Shown here: positions 48,255 through 58,776 of the stretch, piece by piece | How positions within the stretch are numbered: position 1 is the stretch's first letter | Layout: every line of letters begins with the position of its first letter | Sequence record: KX397373.1 | Direction: 5' to 3' (one strand) | DNA length: 64,000 bases | The notes under the pieces: model-generated | What the model was told of the DNA's origin: nothing | The model's input: only the letters and a program-made list of their open reading frames with translations | Databases searched by the model: none | Translations under genes and position numbers: made by a program

Positions 48255-49133
48255 TTAGCCGCGGAGCTGCTGAGCCATCTGCTCGTCAGAGACAGAACGG
48301 TAACCGCCCGCCGTCGCATCGACGTCAGGGTTGATACCATCAGTCTGCTGAGACGGAGTCAGCCACAGTTTACGCTCGTATGGACGCAGACCGTACAGCT
48401 TCATGCGTTCCAGTTCCTTCTGAGCTGCCTGCATCGGGCCCCAACCTGTCCATTGCTGGGAGGTAAAGGTGATGGACAGTTCGTTGGTCTGAGGGCCGGT
48501 GTTCGGATCACGTTCACCGATGTCCTGACCAGAAGTTTCTGGAGACATATTGGTCAGCCACCAGGCGTTCTGTGCTTTACGCTGATACGCATCTGGTTCG
48601 AAGTACAGCACAGTCATGCTGTACATGTCCGGCAGGTGGTCTGGCACGTTCGGGTTGATTGCCGCAAGACCTGGGTGACCAGTTTGCGGGTCACAGACCC
48701 CGTACACGAGCCACGCCCAAAGCATGTTCTGATACACCTTGCCGAGTTTATCCGGCGTAGTGTGCGTTACGGAAGACAGTGCTTCGGTAACCAGACCAGC
48801 TTCATACTGCACGCGGTTGTTACGACCCTGTTGGGTCTGCACGTACTCTGCGCTCAGGGTTTTATCCAAACCAGTAATCGTGGAGTGAACCTCGATGAAA
48901 GATTTGATAGCCTGACGCCACAGCTGCGGGTTCGGCATGTAATCCACCCAACGAGGGAATTCCATGACACGCGCAATGACGTTACGACGCAGACGACTGG
49001 CGTTCGTAACGAATTTACCAACCTGTCCAACCGGGCCTTGTTGGCCCGAGGAGAACGGATTGACCATGTCGTACGAACCACCGTCGACGTGCAGGCCCTG
49101 ATCAGGCAGAATCAAACGTTCTTTGATAGCCAT
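48255..49133 (-). CDS. Tail tube protein (phiKZ gp30-like)
   Basis: 292 aa directly downstream of the sheath; tube-type LYFEPD...AW.L.NM.P...G.....ELSITFT. Confidence 0.8.
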   Translation of the reverse strand: MAIKERLILPDQGLHVDGGSYDMVNPFSSGQQGPVGQVGKFVTNASRLRRNVIARVMEFPRWVDYMPNPQLWRQAIKSFIEVHSTITGLDKTLSAEYVQTQQGRNNRVQYEAGLVTEALSSVTHTTPDKLGKVYQNMLWAWLVYGVCDPQTGHPGLAAINPNVPDHLPDMYSMTVLYFEPDAYQRKAQNAWWLTNMSPETSGQDIGERDPNTGPQTNELSITFTSQQWTGWGPMQAAQKELERMKLYGLRPYERKLWLTPSQQTDGINPDVDATAGGYRSVSDEQMAQQLRG

Positions 49134-49136
49134 CTA

Positions 49137-51179
49137 TTAGCTCTCCCGACGGTAAACTTTGATAGTGGTGTTGAACTGAGTCAGCAACACACCGCCGTAA
49201 GCATTCAGATCCAGCGTCACGGAATAACCGTTAGCTTTATCGTCCGCAGTGAAGTAGGCGCTCGGAGTCACGTCTGCAATATTATCCAGACGACCTTCCA
49301 GTCGTTCGGTAATTTTGTTTTCGATCATCTTCGCACGCTCGTTGTCGGTCATGCGGTTTTCACCAGACATGTCCGCCCACACCCCATCAGACACACGGTA
49401 TACGTAGGTCATGATGAAGTTGAACAGTGCGTTGTTCAGCACCGAACGGTCTTCGCTGTAGATGGACTGAATCGCCGGAATGAACAGACGATAGTAGTCG
49501 CGGCTACGGGCAGTGATGAGCGACACATCCCAGTCGGACGCATACACTTCATTGCCTTTCCACGGCATACTCAGATCGTACAGATCCTCGATGATCGTTT
49601 CTTCACCGCGGCTAAAGCGGGCTGAAGGTTTCGCACGACCCTCGCCAGCACCGAGATACTTCGAGAAGAAGCTCGCGATACTGTAGTTCATCGGAACCGG
49701 CTTCTTGTAGGAAGAGTTACGGATGAACGCGGTCTGACCGGTCACCATCCCACGCGCCGCAGGCGTACCGTAGTACGAGCTTTCTGGCACAGAGGTGATG
49801 AGTTCAATCAGAGCAACTTTGGCACCCTCTTCGGTTTGCAGGTCATTACGACCCTGGTCGAAGACGTGGGTACACAGAGTCAAGAAGGTGTTACGCGACT
49901 TGCCGATGAAGTTCACGCAAGCTTCTTTGGTATCGAACGAGAAGCCCGAGTCCCAGAAGCAGCCGAGTGAATATTTCAGTTCGTTGTCGTAACGGACTTT
50001 CCCGTCTTCTGGGAACAGCAGCATTTCACGACGAACGAGTTCATCGTACGTGCTGTCGCCCATGGTACCATCGCTACCACCTTGCAGGTAGTGGATGTTA
50101 GACGCGGAGAAGACCATCTTGCCGGTTTCGGTCGCAGGGTTGACCTGCACACCGTCGTACGGCTGACCAATGAGGTCGAGACCGCCAAAGATGTCGACCA
50201 TGTACGGATCGGCAATATTGACGTTTTGCACAGCAGCCTGTGCCAGGCCCAGTACGGTTTCGAGGTTGTCACGGTAGATGTGGAACTCTTCGAAAGGACC
50301 GTAGTCTGGCAGCCCACCGACATCCGGCATCGTCTTACGGTAGCCATCAGGAATGATGACATCGAAGTCGAGCTGGGTGCGCATCGGCAGATAGTATGCA
50401 TCAGGCTTAAAGCTGAAGTTCATGCTGCTCAGACCGGTGAGGGTTTTCCACACCACTGGTGAAGTCACACCTTCCAGGGTTTCGAACCACTGGAGTTGGT
50501 ACATACGGCCACCGACGCTGTTCTGATAAGCAGACGCCATCGTTGGGCTGGACTTCTCATTGAGCGGAACCATCTTAAACCCAAAGCCATTGACATCTGC
50601 ACCCGCGTACGGGCCCTGGATGTCGAACAGTGGGTAAAGCTTGGATTTGGTACCGCCGTCGCCGGTCATGGTGCCATCGGTCACTACACCCGCTTTGAAA
50701 GCAGGGGTCGTGCTATCGATGATAACAGAACGGAACACAACGACGATACCGTCAACCTGCTCTTTGACCTTGGGCTTGCCAGTCGCATCATACTGGACAA
50801 TCCCGTTAATGCGTTCGTACGCCGGAACTTTCGTTTCGAGTACATCTGCAAACACACGGATCGCTGCGGTTTTCGCATCGTCCGGTACCAGACGCTGATA
50901 CATACACTCGTTGCCGTTGGCGTTAAACATTGCCTGATAAGGCGTGTTGAACGTCGCATACGGGCCACGCAGGTCAAAGATACTACGACCAAGCAGAGAC
51001 AGTGCATTATCCCCGGTTAACGGGAACGCCTCGTTGTCTACCCCGCGCGCGGCAAAGGTGAAGATCAGCGGCTTATGAATCGGATCGCCGGTGGCGGTCC
51101 GTACAAGCGGAAGAACAGAATTATCCTGCCAACCTTGCTTGTTATTCAACGGCGCGCCGTTTCGTGGAATAAAAGTCAT
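49137..51179 (-). CDS. Tail sheath protein (phiKZ gp29-like)
   Basis: 680 aa; YLQGGSDG, WDSGFS.DTK and sheath-type C-terminal domain; GGAG RBS. Confidence 0.85.
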   Translation of the reverse strand: MTFIPRNGAPLNNKQGWQDNSVLPLVRTATGDPIHKPLIFTFAARGVDNEAFPLTGDNALSLLGRSIFDLRGPYATFNTPYQAMFNANGNECMYQRLVPDDAKTAAIRVFADVLETKVPAYERINGIVQYDATGKPKVKEQVDGIVVVFRSVIIDSTTPAFKAGVVTDGTMTGDGGTKSKLYPLFDIQGPYAGADVNGFGFKMVPLNEKSSPTMASAYQNSVGGRMYQLQWFETLEGVTSPVVWKTLTGLSSMNFSFKPDAYYLPMRTQLDFDVIIPDGYRKTMPDVGGLPDYGPFEEFHIYRDNLETVLGLAQAAVQNVNIADPYMVDIFGGLDLIGQPYDGVQVNPATETGKMVFSASNIHYLQGGSDGTMGDSTYDELVRREMLLFPEDGKVRYDNELKYSLGCFWDSGFSFDTKEACVNFIGKSRNTFLTLCTHVFDQGRNDLQTEEGAKVALIELITSVPESSYYGTPAARGMVTGQTAFIRNSSYKKPVPMNYSIASFFSKYLGAGEGRAKPSARFSRGEETIIEDLYDLSMPWKGNEVYASDWDVSLITARSRDYYRLFIPAIQSIYSEDRSVLNNALFNFIMTYVYRVSDGVWADMSGENRMTDNERAKMIENKITERLEGRLDNIADVTPSAYFTADDKANGYSVTLDLNAYGGVLLTQFNTTIKVYRRES

Positions 51180-51217
51180 GGAACGTCTCCATAATTCGTC
51201 TTAAAAGACCTGTGGGT

Positions 51218-51225
51218 CATACTAA
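51218..51225 (-). promoter_or_regulatory. Putative late promoter TTAGTATG for the sheath-tube operon
   Basis: Located 39 nt upstream of the sheath start; same 8-mer as at 10227. Confidence 0.55.
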
Positions 51226-51237
51226 GGTATCAATCTC

Positions 51238-52146
51238 ATGGCACTCGAAAACGCTTACAGCGGCAATCCCTTTAGCAGCCTTGACCTGACACGCATCAAA
51301 GCTGACCTGGAACTGGCCCGTTCACTCAATCAAACCAGACCGCAGTCTGACGAAGTTCACTACGTTATTGAAACTGCCGATGTAAAACCGTTTCCTCTGC
51401 CGATTGTGATCGGCGACGACGTGTATGTTGACGCACGCACGTTTACCACGCTGGACAAATCCAACGAGCTAAAAATTCGTAACCTGACTGAGCACGCACT
51501 GCGACTCGACCAGGCACGTTGGGAATTAGTGTGGAAACGGAATGGCGGAAAGCTGGGTGCACTGATGTCCCAGATGTATTATCACCATGAGATTTTCAGT
51601 AAATGGGTGACCGATGCCATCGACCACGCAAATACACTCGCTCCATATCAAAGCGCACAAGTCAAAGCACTGGCCGCGCTTTTCTCTGTGGGGCAGTTCT
51701 ACAACAACTTCGAAGACGAAGTAAAAGCACTGCGGATGCAGCAAATGTTGGAGAACGAACTGGGTATTGCGAGTGAAGTGTTTGAATCGGTAACGGGACA
51801 TACTGATTACTTATTCCCCCGCAACATCAGCGAATTCGTTGAGATGGTGAAACAGGCTGACATCAGTTCCCGCCTGAAAGACCTGAGTGTGGTCAGCCTG
51901 CAAGCCATGCTCTCGGCAAGCTTTGGCCCGTTCGTCAGCTACGACCGCCAGTTGGCGACCAGCGCGATCGAATACCCGCCAACGCTGTTCTGCATGACCA
52001 AAGCGTGTCTGGACAACAACATGTTTAACCGTTTCCGTTTCGGTGGCATGGTGAAGAAAACCGACGCAGCGAAAAAGAAAGACAAGTTCGAAGGTACTTT
52101 CAACACGCTGATGAACCAGTACACTAAACCCCTGAACACAAAGTAA
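51238..52146 (+). CDS. Virion structural protein
   Basis: 302 aa, divergent from the sheath gene; conserved phiKZ-like order (three structural genes then terminase). Confidence 0.6.
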   Translation: MALENAYSGNPFSSLDLTRIKADLELARSLNQTRPQSDEVHYVIETADVKPFPLPIVIGDDVYVDARTFTTLDKSNELKIRNLTEHALRLDQARWELVWKRNGGKLGALMSQMYYHHEIFSKWVTDAIDHANTLAPYQSAQVKALAALFSVGQFYNNFEDEVKALRMQQMLENELGIASEVFESVTGHTDYLFPRNISEFVEMVKQADISSRLKDLSVVSLQAMLSASFGPFVSYDRQLATSAIEYPPTLFCMTKACLDNNMFNRFRFGGMVKKTDAAKKKDKFEGTFNTLMNQYTKPLNTK

Positions 52147-52156
52147 GAGGCCCACT

Positions 52157-54676
52157 ATGGAGAACTGGCTGGTCGCCCACGCCGTTAAGAATGCGTGGCA
52201 GCGTCCGTACCTCGACGGGGAGTTGAACATCGCTCCCTTCCGACTCTCTCCGCAAACCGGGGCGATCGGCTTTTTCAAACACGGTCGGCTTCCTGTCCCC
52301 CTCCCAAAAGAGGGGAGTTGGTGGCACGCGTATGTGATTGACAAACTGCACCTGAATTGGGGCAACCTGGCGATTCCGGTAAACCGCTGGAAGAAACTGT
52401 CGACCTGTGTAAACGGGTTCAGTACCTGGATGCAAGTATACAACGAAGACGGTACGATTATTCCAGCCGACTCGGTATACTTCTGGCGTACCATCGCCGG
52501 ACAGATTTACATGGCGATTCCCCAGACCGATCGCTATAAGTGGTTGGATACAGAACCGTGTTATCTGCGCATCTATGCTGGTTACAATGGTGGCAACAAT
52601 GCCCCGGTGATTAAACCCACTTTCACGGAGTATTACGCCCCGCCGAATCCGCAACAGATTCAGGTGGTGCTCGATCGCTACAACTTGCTGAAAACCCAAA
52701 ACGTGGGCTACGTTGACATGTGGGTTAACGGTAAGATGGTTCTGAACCCAACCACCTCGAGCATGAAGTCGTGGGACGATGTGGATGTGCGAGTTGATGG
52801 GCGCGCGCGCCGAGTGATTGATTACCGCTGTGGGGATTTGCCAACGTTTTATTCCGATTTGGATAAGACCCGTAAATACCTGCTGCACATCCCGAAGAAA
52901 GACGGTCAATGGATTTTCAACGATGACGTTGAGATTCAGTTGCTGTGGAAAGGGGAAGGGCGGTATTACCACCTGCACCGCCAGCAGGCAGTACGTCAGT
53001 TAACCTGGAACGATTTGGCGATTCCTACGGAGCGCATTTCGAAATACCGCAACACGTTCAGTAACCCGTTAAACGACATCGACGAATTAACCATTCGCTT
53101 GATTATCCGTGACGACTACCTGGACTTGGCCCCGCTGTATAACTCTTCCCACACGCATGACCTGTACCGTCTGTCCGATGAGTTAATCATCGATGCGATG
53201 GTCGGGGCCAATGCGAACGTGGTCGAATGGCAAGCCGCCAATTTGGAGAAGTCTGCGGCCAACCGTTTAGCGGCAGCGAAGTTACGGAACATTACCCGTG
53301 ACCTGGCGACGGATGCGTACGGGTATAATGCGGTGTCGTTGTATGCCGCGGATACGCCGCAGCGGTTAGTGGCGCAACCCGGTGGGTCATTACAGGGTGT
53401 TCTGCCCGACCACCTTGCAGCACTCTCAACCGTGTACGAGTATGACGCGGACGGTGTTCTGCTCGAGAAGCACGCGAACAAAGGGTACGACATTTACATT
53501 GCTCGTAACCCGCAAGCCCGTATCATCGAAGCCATTGCCTCGGATGCCTCGGATGCGGTACACATCGTTGACAATGCCCCAGACTTCGAAATCGAAGAGG
53601 GTATGAATGTGAATCTGTGGATTCGTATTCTGAAAAACGAAGTACCGACCGACGACTATTACCAGGCCGTGGAAGACGAAGATTACCAACGCAAAGACAA
53701 CCAGATTACCTGGACAGTCGATCGCACACGTCGTCATCCGACGGTGATTTACGATGACAAGCATCTCTTCTTTGAAGTTGATGTGAATGTCAGCGAAGGG
53801 CAGATTCGTGTGCCGATTGTGGCGCGTAACCAATCCGGGCAACAGCGTACTTTGTGGATTCCGATGGAATCGATTGAAGTGTGGCTGAACGGTCACCCGC
53901 TGGTGCACTCCATTGACTTTGTGGCTATTTGGCCTGAGGTCGTGGTGACGTGTAAAGCCTGGATGAGTGACACCGACACTAACCGCGTGGCAGTACGCTG
54001 TCGTGGTGTGACGGGATTAATGCGGGTGCCGAAGTGTGGGTTTGTCTCCAGTGGGTTACTGTCCAACAACAGCCAATACGACTGCCGTGATGACAAAGTG
54101 ATTCGCGTAATTGGGGGCGGGTCGCTGTTACTGCGGGACGAGGTTATCTTCCGCGAAGACAATGCCATTGGTACCGACATCGTGGCTGACGGGTTCCCGT
54201 ACTCTGTCGCTGACCCAACGATTCCCCTGCGCACGTTAATCAGCGGGGACTTGTACGCCCTGCGTGATGCTGCCCGTGACCTGGATGACCGTGTTGAAGC
54301 GTACCTGACCAACTGGTTCCCAACACCACCGCCGGTAAACCCGGTGCCGTTGCCTGGCCGGTATCATTTGTACTCGCCGACACTGAACAAAATCCTCTGG
54401 GATTACCTCAATGGGATTTTGATTCTGAAAGAGGACGACCCGGAATACCGTATCTCCACAACCCAACTTGACGACATCATGGAGCGTTACAAAGACCTCC
54501 TGAATTTCGACCCGGCGTATATCGGGTACGACAAAGCGTTTGTGAAACTGCATCCGCACGTTAAGTACGAAGTGGTGGAAGTGAACGAGTTAGGCTTTGC
54601 CTTCTTGGATCGCGTGAACCAACGCTATCTGAATGGCGAGGTGCAGCTTAACCAGTATCTGAAAATCAAGGGTTAA
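52157..54676 (+). CDS. Virion structural protein, probable baseplate component
   Basis: 839 aa, beta-rich; synteny. Confidence 0.6.
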   Translation: MENWLVAHAVKNAWQRPYLDGELNIAPFRLSPQTGAIGFFKHGRLPVPLPKEGSWWHAYVIDKLHLNWGNLAIPVNRWKKLSTCVNGFSTWMQVYNEDGTIIPADSVYFWRTIAGQIYMAIPQTDRYKWLDTEPCYLRIYAGYNGGNNAPVIKPTFTEYYAPPNPQQIQVVLDRYNLLKTQNVGYVDMWVNGKMVLNPTTSSMKSWDDVDVRVDGRARRVIDYRCGDLPTFYSDLDKTRKYLLHIPKKDGQWIFNDDVEIQLLWKGEGRYYHLHRQQAVRQLTWNDLAIPTERISKYRNTFSNPLNDIDELTIRLIIRDDYLDLAPLYNSSHTHDLYRLSDELIIDAMVGANANVVEWQAANLEKSAANRLAAAKLRNITRDLATDAYGYNAVSLYAADTPQRLVAQPGGSLQGVLPDHLAALSTVYEYDADGVLLEKHANKGYDIYIARNPQARIIEAIASDASDAVHIVDNAPDFEIEEGMNVNLWIRILKNEVPTDDYYQAVEDEDYQRKDNQITWTVDRTRRHPTVIYDDKHLFFEVDVNVSEGQIRVPIVARNQSGQQRTLWIPMESIEVWLNGHPLVHSIDFVAIWPEVVVTCKAWMSDTDTNRVAVRCRGVTGLMRVPKCGFVSSGLLSNNSQYDCRDDKVIRVIGGGSLLLRDEVIFREDNAIGTDIVADGFPYSVADPTIPLRTLISGDLYALRDAARDLDDRVEAYLTNWFPTPPPVNPVPLPGRYHLYSPTLNKILWDYLNGILILKEDDPEYRISTTQLDDIMERYKDLLNFDPAYIGYDKAFVKLHPHVKYEVVEVNELGFAFLDRVNQRYLNGEVQLNQYLKIKG

Positions 54677-54678
54677 TC

Positions 54679-56322
54679 ATGGCCAAGATTGCTACCAAAT
54701 TAATCGACAAGGATCGCGGGTTCGAAGTGTGGGACCCGAGTGAATTGTATCAAACGGGGAAACCCACGGGGTATGTGCCAAACCCGAAAGACCTTATCAT
54801 CAACGAAATCACCAGTGGTTTCGATCGGGTGGTCAGCACCAACTATGCCGTACCCAGTTGGGAAGTTGAACCGTTCGGGGGTGTGGGTGTGGCAAACCAG
54901 GATGGCCGGTTAAACGGCCACTATGCGCTGCGTTCTGACAAATACCGTGTGTACGTTGACAGCTCTAAGTTGCCTGCGACCATGGTAATTGACGATGCGG
55001 TGTCCTGGGATGGCCCAGACATCGATGGGGTACGTATCTTGCGTGGCTCCAGCGTGTCGGATGCCGCAGAGATTCTCTCGGGCTTCTACAAAGACGGTAA
55101 ACTGAAATACACCTACCTGCCAACCCAAACCATTTCGGTGGAAGGGGCGGACACGGTGGTGAAGAAAGCTTTACCGGGCAGTTGTCTGGCAGAAGTCAGC
55201 AACGGTGAAGAGTGCATGTTCATCGTGTATTCCGATGTCGGAAACGTGGTGCAGATTGCCCACGGTCATATCGTCAAAACCAATTTGGTGATGGCGCAGG
55301 AAACCCCGACGCGTACCGTCCTCGGTATCAAGTTGATTTCTCCGTTCCTGGTCGATGACGACGGTACCACCCTGACCCTGCCGATTAACATGCCACTGGA
55401 TTCGATTCCGCTGTGGTGTGATATTCAGTACAGTGACGGCACCAAACGTCTGCCGATTGACCAGGCGCGTGTGAAGTTTAACGGTCTGCGTAACTCCGGT
55501 TCGCAAGACACGTTCTACATCTCCTCGAATGCCGGGAACAAACTGCCGTGCGTGTTAAGTTACCAACTGGCCAAAGGGGAAACCTACGGCGGAACGGATG
55601 TGGTCGGTGACACCATTGTCAAGGACTACACCGCGGTAACTGAGCAAGTGGACGGGGCGTACTCCATGAAACTGTTCGTGATTCCGCGCTGGCTTGATGC
55701 TAACCGTGGCTACCGTCTGGACTTCATGTTGTATAACCTGACGCGTGGGAAAGTGTACGATGCGACCGCCGCCATCCAATACACCAGTGGGACAACCTTT
55801 GACCCGCTGCTGATGGGTGTGAAGCAACGTCTGAATGTGCAGGTCGATATCTCGAAAGTCGATGCGCAGTTCCGTGCGTTTATTCAGGCACAATCGTTCG
55901 CGATTACACTGGTGAACCCAGGTAACGAACTCAACACCAACTTCCTGCTGGAATACTTGCCAGATGGCTTGAAATACGGTCAGGAGATTTGGGCTGAGTT
56001 TAAATACTCCAACGTCAACTACTCTGAACTCGACGTCAGTGTGAAAGCTGCATCGAAAGCTGAATGGTTGAAAACGCTGTATGACCCGGTCTACCCGCTG
56101 TACGATCGTCGTAACGAATCAGGGCCATTGGAGCCGACCCACTTTGAAATCCACGTTGGCGGCAAGGTTTACACCTACACCGTTGATGAATGGATGACGA
56201 AGAAGGTTATCGACTACCGTGTGGCACTGGATGCTCCGCTGGTTATCCGTTGGATTCGTCGCACACCAACCGATACGTTAAACCTTGCGGCCACGCCAAT
56301 GTTGGCGCACCACATCGAGTAA
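54679..56322 (+). CDS. Virion structural protein, probable baseplate component
   Basis: 547 aa, beta-rich; synteny. Confidence 0.6.
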   Translation: MAKIATKLIDKDRGFEVWDPSELYQTGKPTGYVPNPKDLIINEITSGFDRVVSTNYAVPSWEVEPFGGVGVANQDGRLNGHYALRSDKYRVYVDSSKLPATMVIDDAVSWDGPDIDGVRILRGSSVSDAAEILSGFYKDGKLKYTYLPTQTISVEGADTVVKKALPGSCLAEVSNGEECMFIVYSDVGNVVQIAHGHIVKTNLVMAQETPTRTVLGIKLISPFLVDDDGTTLTLPINMPLDSIPLWCDIQYSDGTKRLPIDQARVKFNGLRNSGSQDTFYISSNAGNKLPCVLSYQLAKGETYGGTDVVGDTIVKDYTAVTEQVDGAYSMKLFVIPRWLDANRGYRLDFMLYNLTRGKVYDATAAIQYTSGTTFDPLLMGVKQRLNVQVDISKVDAQFRAFIQAQSFAITLVNPGNELNTNFLLEYLPDGLKYGQEIWAEFKYSNVNYSELDVSVKAASKAEWLKTLYDPVYPLYDRRNESGPLEPTHFEIHVGGKVYTYTVDEWMTKKVIDYRVALDAPLVIRWIRRTPTDTLNLAATPMLAHHIE

Positions 56323-56365
56323 AACCACTCCTCCTCTCCTTCGGGAGAGGAGGTGAGGAGATTGT

Positions 56366-58474
56366 ATGATACTGCGTGAATCTGATTGGGGATACTATCC
56401 GGGTTCGTTACCGGATGACACCACACCCAATAAGAGCTTTAAGAAATTTGCGAGTCTGCTTAACCAGTTAGGCGTGAAACATTACTACGTTCACCTCGCG
56501 CTGCACAACCGTGACCTGCTGGGTGTCGACCCGTTCTCACCAGACTTAACGCTGGAACAGAAAGCGGCAATCATTACCGAGTGTGCTGAGAACCCGTGGT
56601 ACTTCTTCCGCGAATGTGTGCGGGTACCTGCGGATGGTATGAAAAACGGTTTACCCTTTCGTATCGACCGCGGTAACTTTTCGATGTACTGGATTTTCTT
56701 CAACAACATCGATGCGGCAGTAGAGTTCCTCCGTCAGCACGGTAAGACAGTCGGGATGTCCGCGCTGCTGTTGTGGCTGATGCGCTTCCTGGAGAACTCC
56801 CGTACCATTCTCGTGACCAAAGGCCCGGCCCTGCGTGAAGAAACCATCAACAAGATGAAACAGCTTCGCAACGGATTACCGGATTACCTGTGGCCACACC
56901 ATCCGGATGACCCGGATAACCGTGAGACCTTTGCATGTCTCGCGCAGGGCAACAAACTGATTACCGGTATCGGTCAGAACGATGCAGAATCAGCAAACGG
57001 TGTGGGGCGTGGATTAACCGCCGGTCGTCTGTTCGGCGATGAAGGCCCCTTCACCAAAAACATCCACCACATCTTACCTGCGGCACTGGCATCGGGTACG
57101 GCTGCGCGTCGTATCAACGAAGCCGAAGGCGTCCCTTATGGAAACGTCTTCGCCACTACGCCAGGTGACCTCGCCACGGAAGAAGGCGCGTACATGTACG
57201 AGCTAATGACTTCCGGGATTATGTGGGATGAGCGTTACATTGACATTCCTTCGCGTACCCAGCTGATTGACATTATCCGCAAAGGGTCAACCGCGAAGAT
57301 TCCACGTATCATGTTCTACGTGAAGTACAACCACCGACAACTGGGCACCACCGATGAGGAGCTGGCAGACATGATCGCCAACGCCCCAGGTACCCCTGAC
57401 CAGATCCGCCGTGACTTCGGTGGGGAATGGACTACCGGTGGCTTTAACAAACCGTTCTCGGGTGATGACGCGCGTCGCATGAACGCCTCGAGAATGCGTG
57501 CCGTGTACAAGGACATTTCTCCGTCCAACTACGTGACCGACTGGTATTACACCGAAGAAGAGATGATCACCAAGTTACACGATCGCCACATCATCGGTCT
57601 GGATACCTCGGAAGCCGTAGGGCGAGATGCTATCGCAATGTCGATTGTCAACTCTATGAACGGGGAATACGCTGGGAAGCTCACAGTGAACGAAACCAAC
57701 GTCATCGGGTTTGCTATTCACCTGGCAGACTTCATGGTGCGGTATCCGAACACTGTCCTGATTCTGGAACGACGGTCAACGGGTTCTTCGGTCGCGGATG
57801 CTATCATCCTGCAATTGCAGTCGAAGGTACCTGACCTCCACCGTCGCTTGTATGTGAAAGTGACCCAGGATTATGCCCGTACTCATGAGCTCTACAAAGA
57901 GTACCACCGTGGTCCGGTGGGGAGTGCGGAACGCTTCTGGGACAAGTTCCGTAAATACATCGGTTTTTCAACCGACCAGGATAAACGCCGTAAGCTGTAC
58001 GGTGAAGTTTTCACCATGGCGTTACGCCTGACCGCGGACACTTTACGGTCTGGTGAATTAATCGACCAAATCCTTAGTCTGGTTGAACGTAACGGTCGTA
58101 TTGACCACAAAGCGTCCGGGCACGATGACTTGGTTGTCTCTTGGCTTCTGGCGATGTGGCTGATTCTGTTCGGTAATAACTTAGGCCATTACGGCATAAG
58201 CAACAGCCGACTGATGATGCGCAATCGTAATTTGTTGGAGAACAAGGGCGACTTTGACGAAGAGGAACAGGTCGAGGAGGAAGAAAAGCAACAAAAACTG
58301 ATGGGGGAAATCGAGGAGGCTATCCGTTACTCAGCCGGGTTATCCGATCCGGTTCAGCAAATGGCAAGTCGCAATCGGTTGCAATCTCTCATTGCCCAAC
58401 TCAACACTGATACGCGAAATGTCGCGTCGATGGAAAGCTTGAAAGAGCTTATCCAACGGCAGAGGATGAAGTGA
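56366..58474 (+). CDS. terL: Terminase large subunit
   Basis: ENPWYFFRE, Walker A LRQHGKT, Walker B FGDEG, ATTPG coupling motif, nuclease IGLDTSE, ILE, GHDDLV. Confidence 0.93.
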   Translation: MILRESDWGYYPGSLPDDTTPNKSFKKFASLLNQLGVKHYYVHLALHNRDLLGVDPFSPDLTLEQKAAIITECAENPWYFFRECVRVPADGMKNGLPFRIDRGNFSMYWIFFNNIDAAVEFLRQHGKTVGMSALLLWLMRFLENSRTILVTKGPALREETINKMKQLRNGLPDYLWPHHPDDPDNRETFACLAQGNKLITGIGQNDAESANGVGRGLTAGRLFGDEGPFTKNIHHILPAALASGTAARRINEAEGVPYGNVFATTPGDLATEEGAYMYELMTSGIMWDERYIDIPSRTQLIDIIRKGSTAKIPRIMFYVKYNHRQLGTTDEELADMIANAPGTPDQIRRDFGGEWTTGGFNKPFSGDDARRMNASRMRAVYKDISPSNYVTDWYYTEEEMITKLHDRHIIGLDTSEAVGRDAIAMSIVNSMNGEYAGKLTVNETNVIGFAIHLADFMVRYPNTVLILERRSTGSSVADAIILQLQSKVPDLHRRLYVKVTQDYARTHELYKEYHRGPVGSAERFWDKFRKYIGFSTDQDKRRKLYGEVFTMALRLTADTLRSGELIDQILSLVERNGRIDHKASGHDDLVVSWLLAMWLILFGNNLGHYGISNSRLMMRNRNLLENKGDFDEEEQVEEEEKQQKLMGEIEEAIRYSAGLSDPVQQMASRNRLQSLIAQLNTDTRNVASMESLKELIQRQRMK

Positions 58475-58710
58475 TGACTCTAACTTACTATATCGTAGTA
58501 GCCCTGATGTGGGTTTGTCTGTTTCTGATGGTAAGACATACCTGCACCGTGGTGAACAATTATGGTCGGCGTTGTGGTGCGTGTTCGCGCACGGTACGCA
58601 TGGCTCAGTTCACCGGGGTGTTTGGCTTGTTTGTCGTCGGTACAGGTGCAACCTACGCGGCGAGTGTGGTACTCGCTTTACACACACTTTCTGTCTCCGG
58701 AGTCCATTAA
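58471..58710 (+). CDS. Small membrane protein with two predicted TM helices
   Basis: Two hydrophobic stretches separated by RRCGAC; coupled to terL. Confidence 0.6.
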   Translation: MMTLTYYIVVALMWVCLFLMVRHTCTVVNNYGRRCGACSRTVRMAQFTGVFGLFVVGTGATYAASVVLALHTLSVSGVH

Positions 58711-58739
58711 ATCCAGAAACTCAAAAATAATTCGAGTTA

Positions 58740-58776
58740 GCCGCTACCCTTTCGTGGGGTAGCGGCCTTTTATTTT
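58740..58776. terminator. Terminator between convergent genes
   Basis: GCCGCTACCC...GGGTAGCGGC followed by CTTTTATTTT. Confidence 0.8.

Noticed and set aside
48453-49625. 390-aa plus-strand ORF (also 36525..37277, 52124..52978, 3036..3497 and similar)
   Set aside because: Lies antisense to well-supported genes (tube/sheath, RNAP, baseplate, RNase H), with no RBS or motifs; shadow ORFs from codon bias.
58471-58710. Holin call for the small two-TM protein after terL
   Set aside because: Topology is compatible, but there is no dual start, charged C-terminus or adjacent endolysin to support it.
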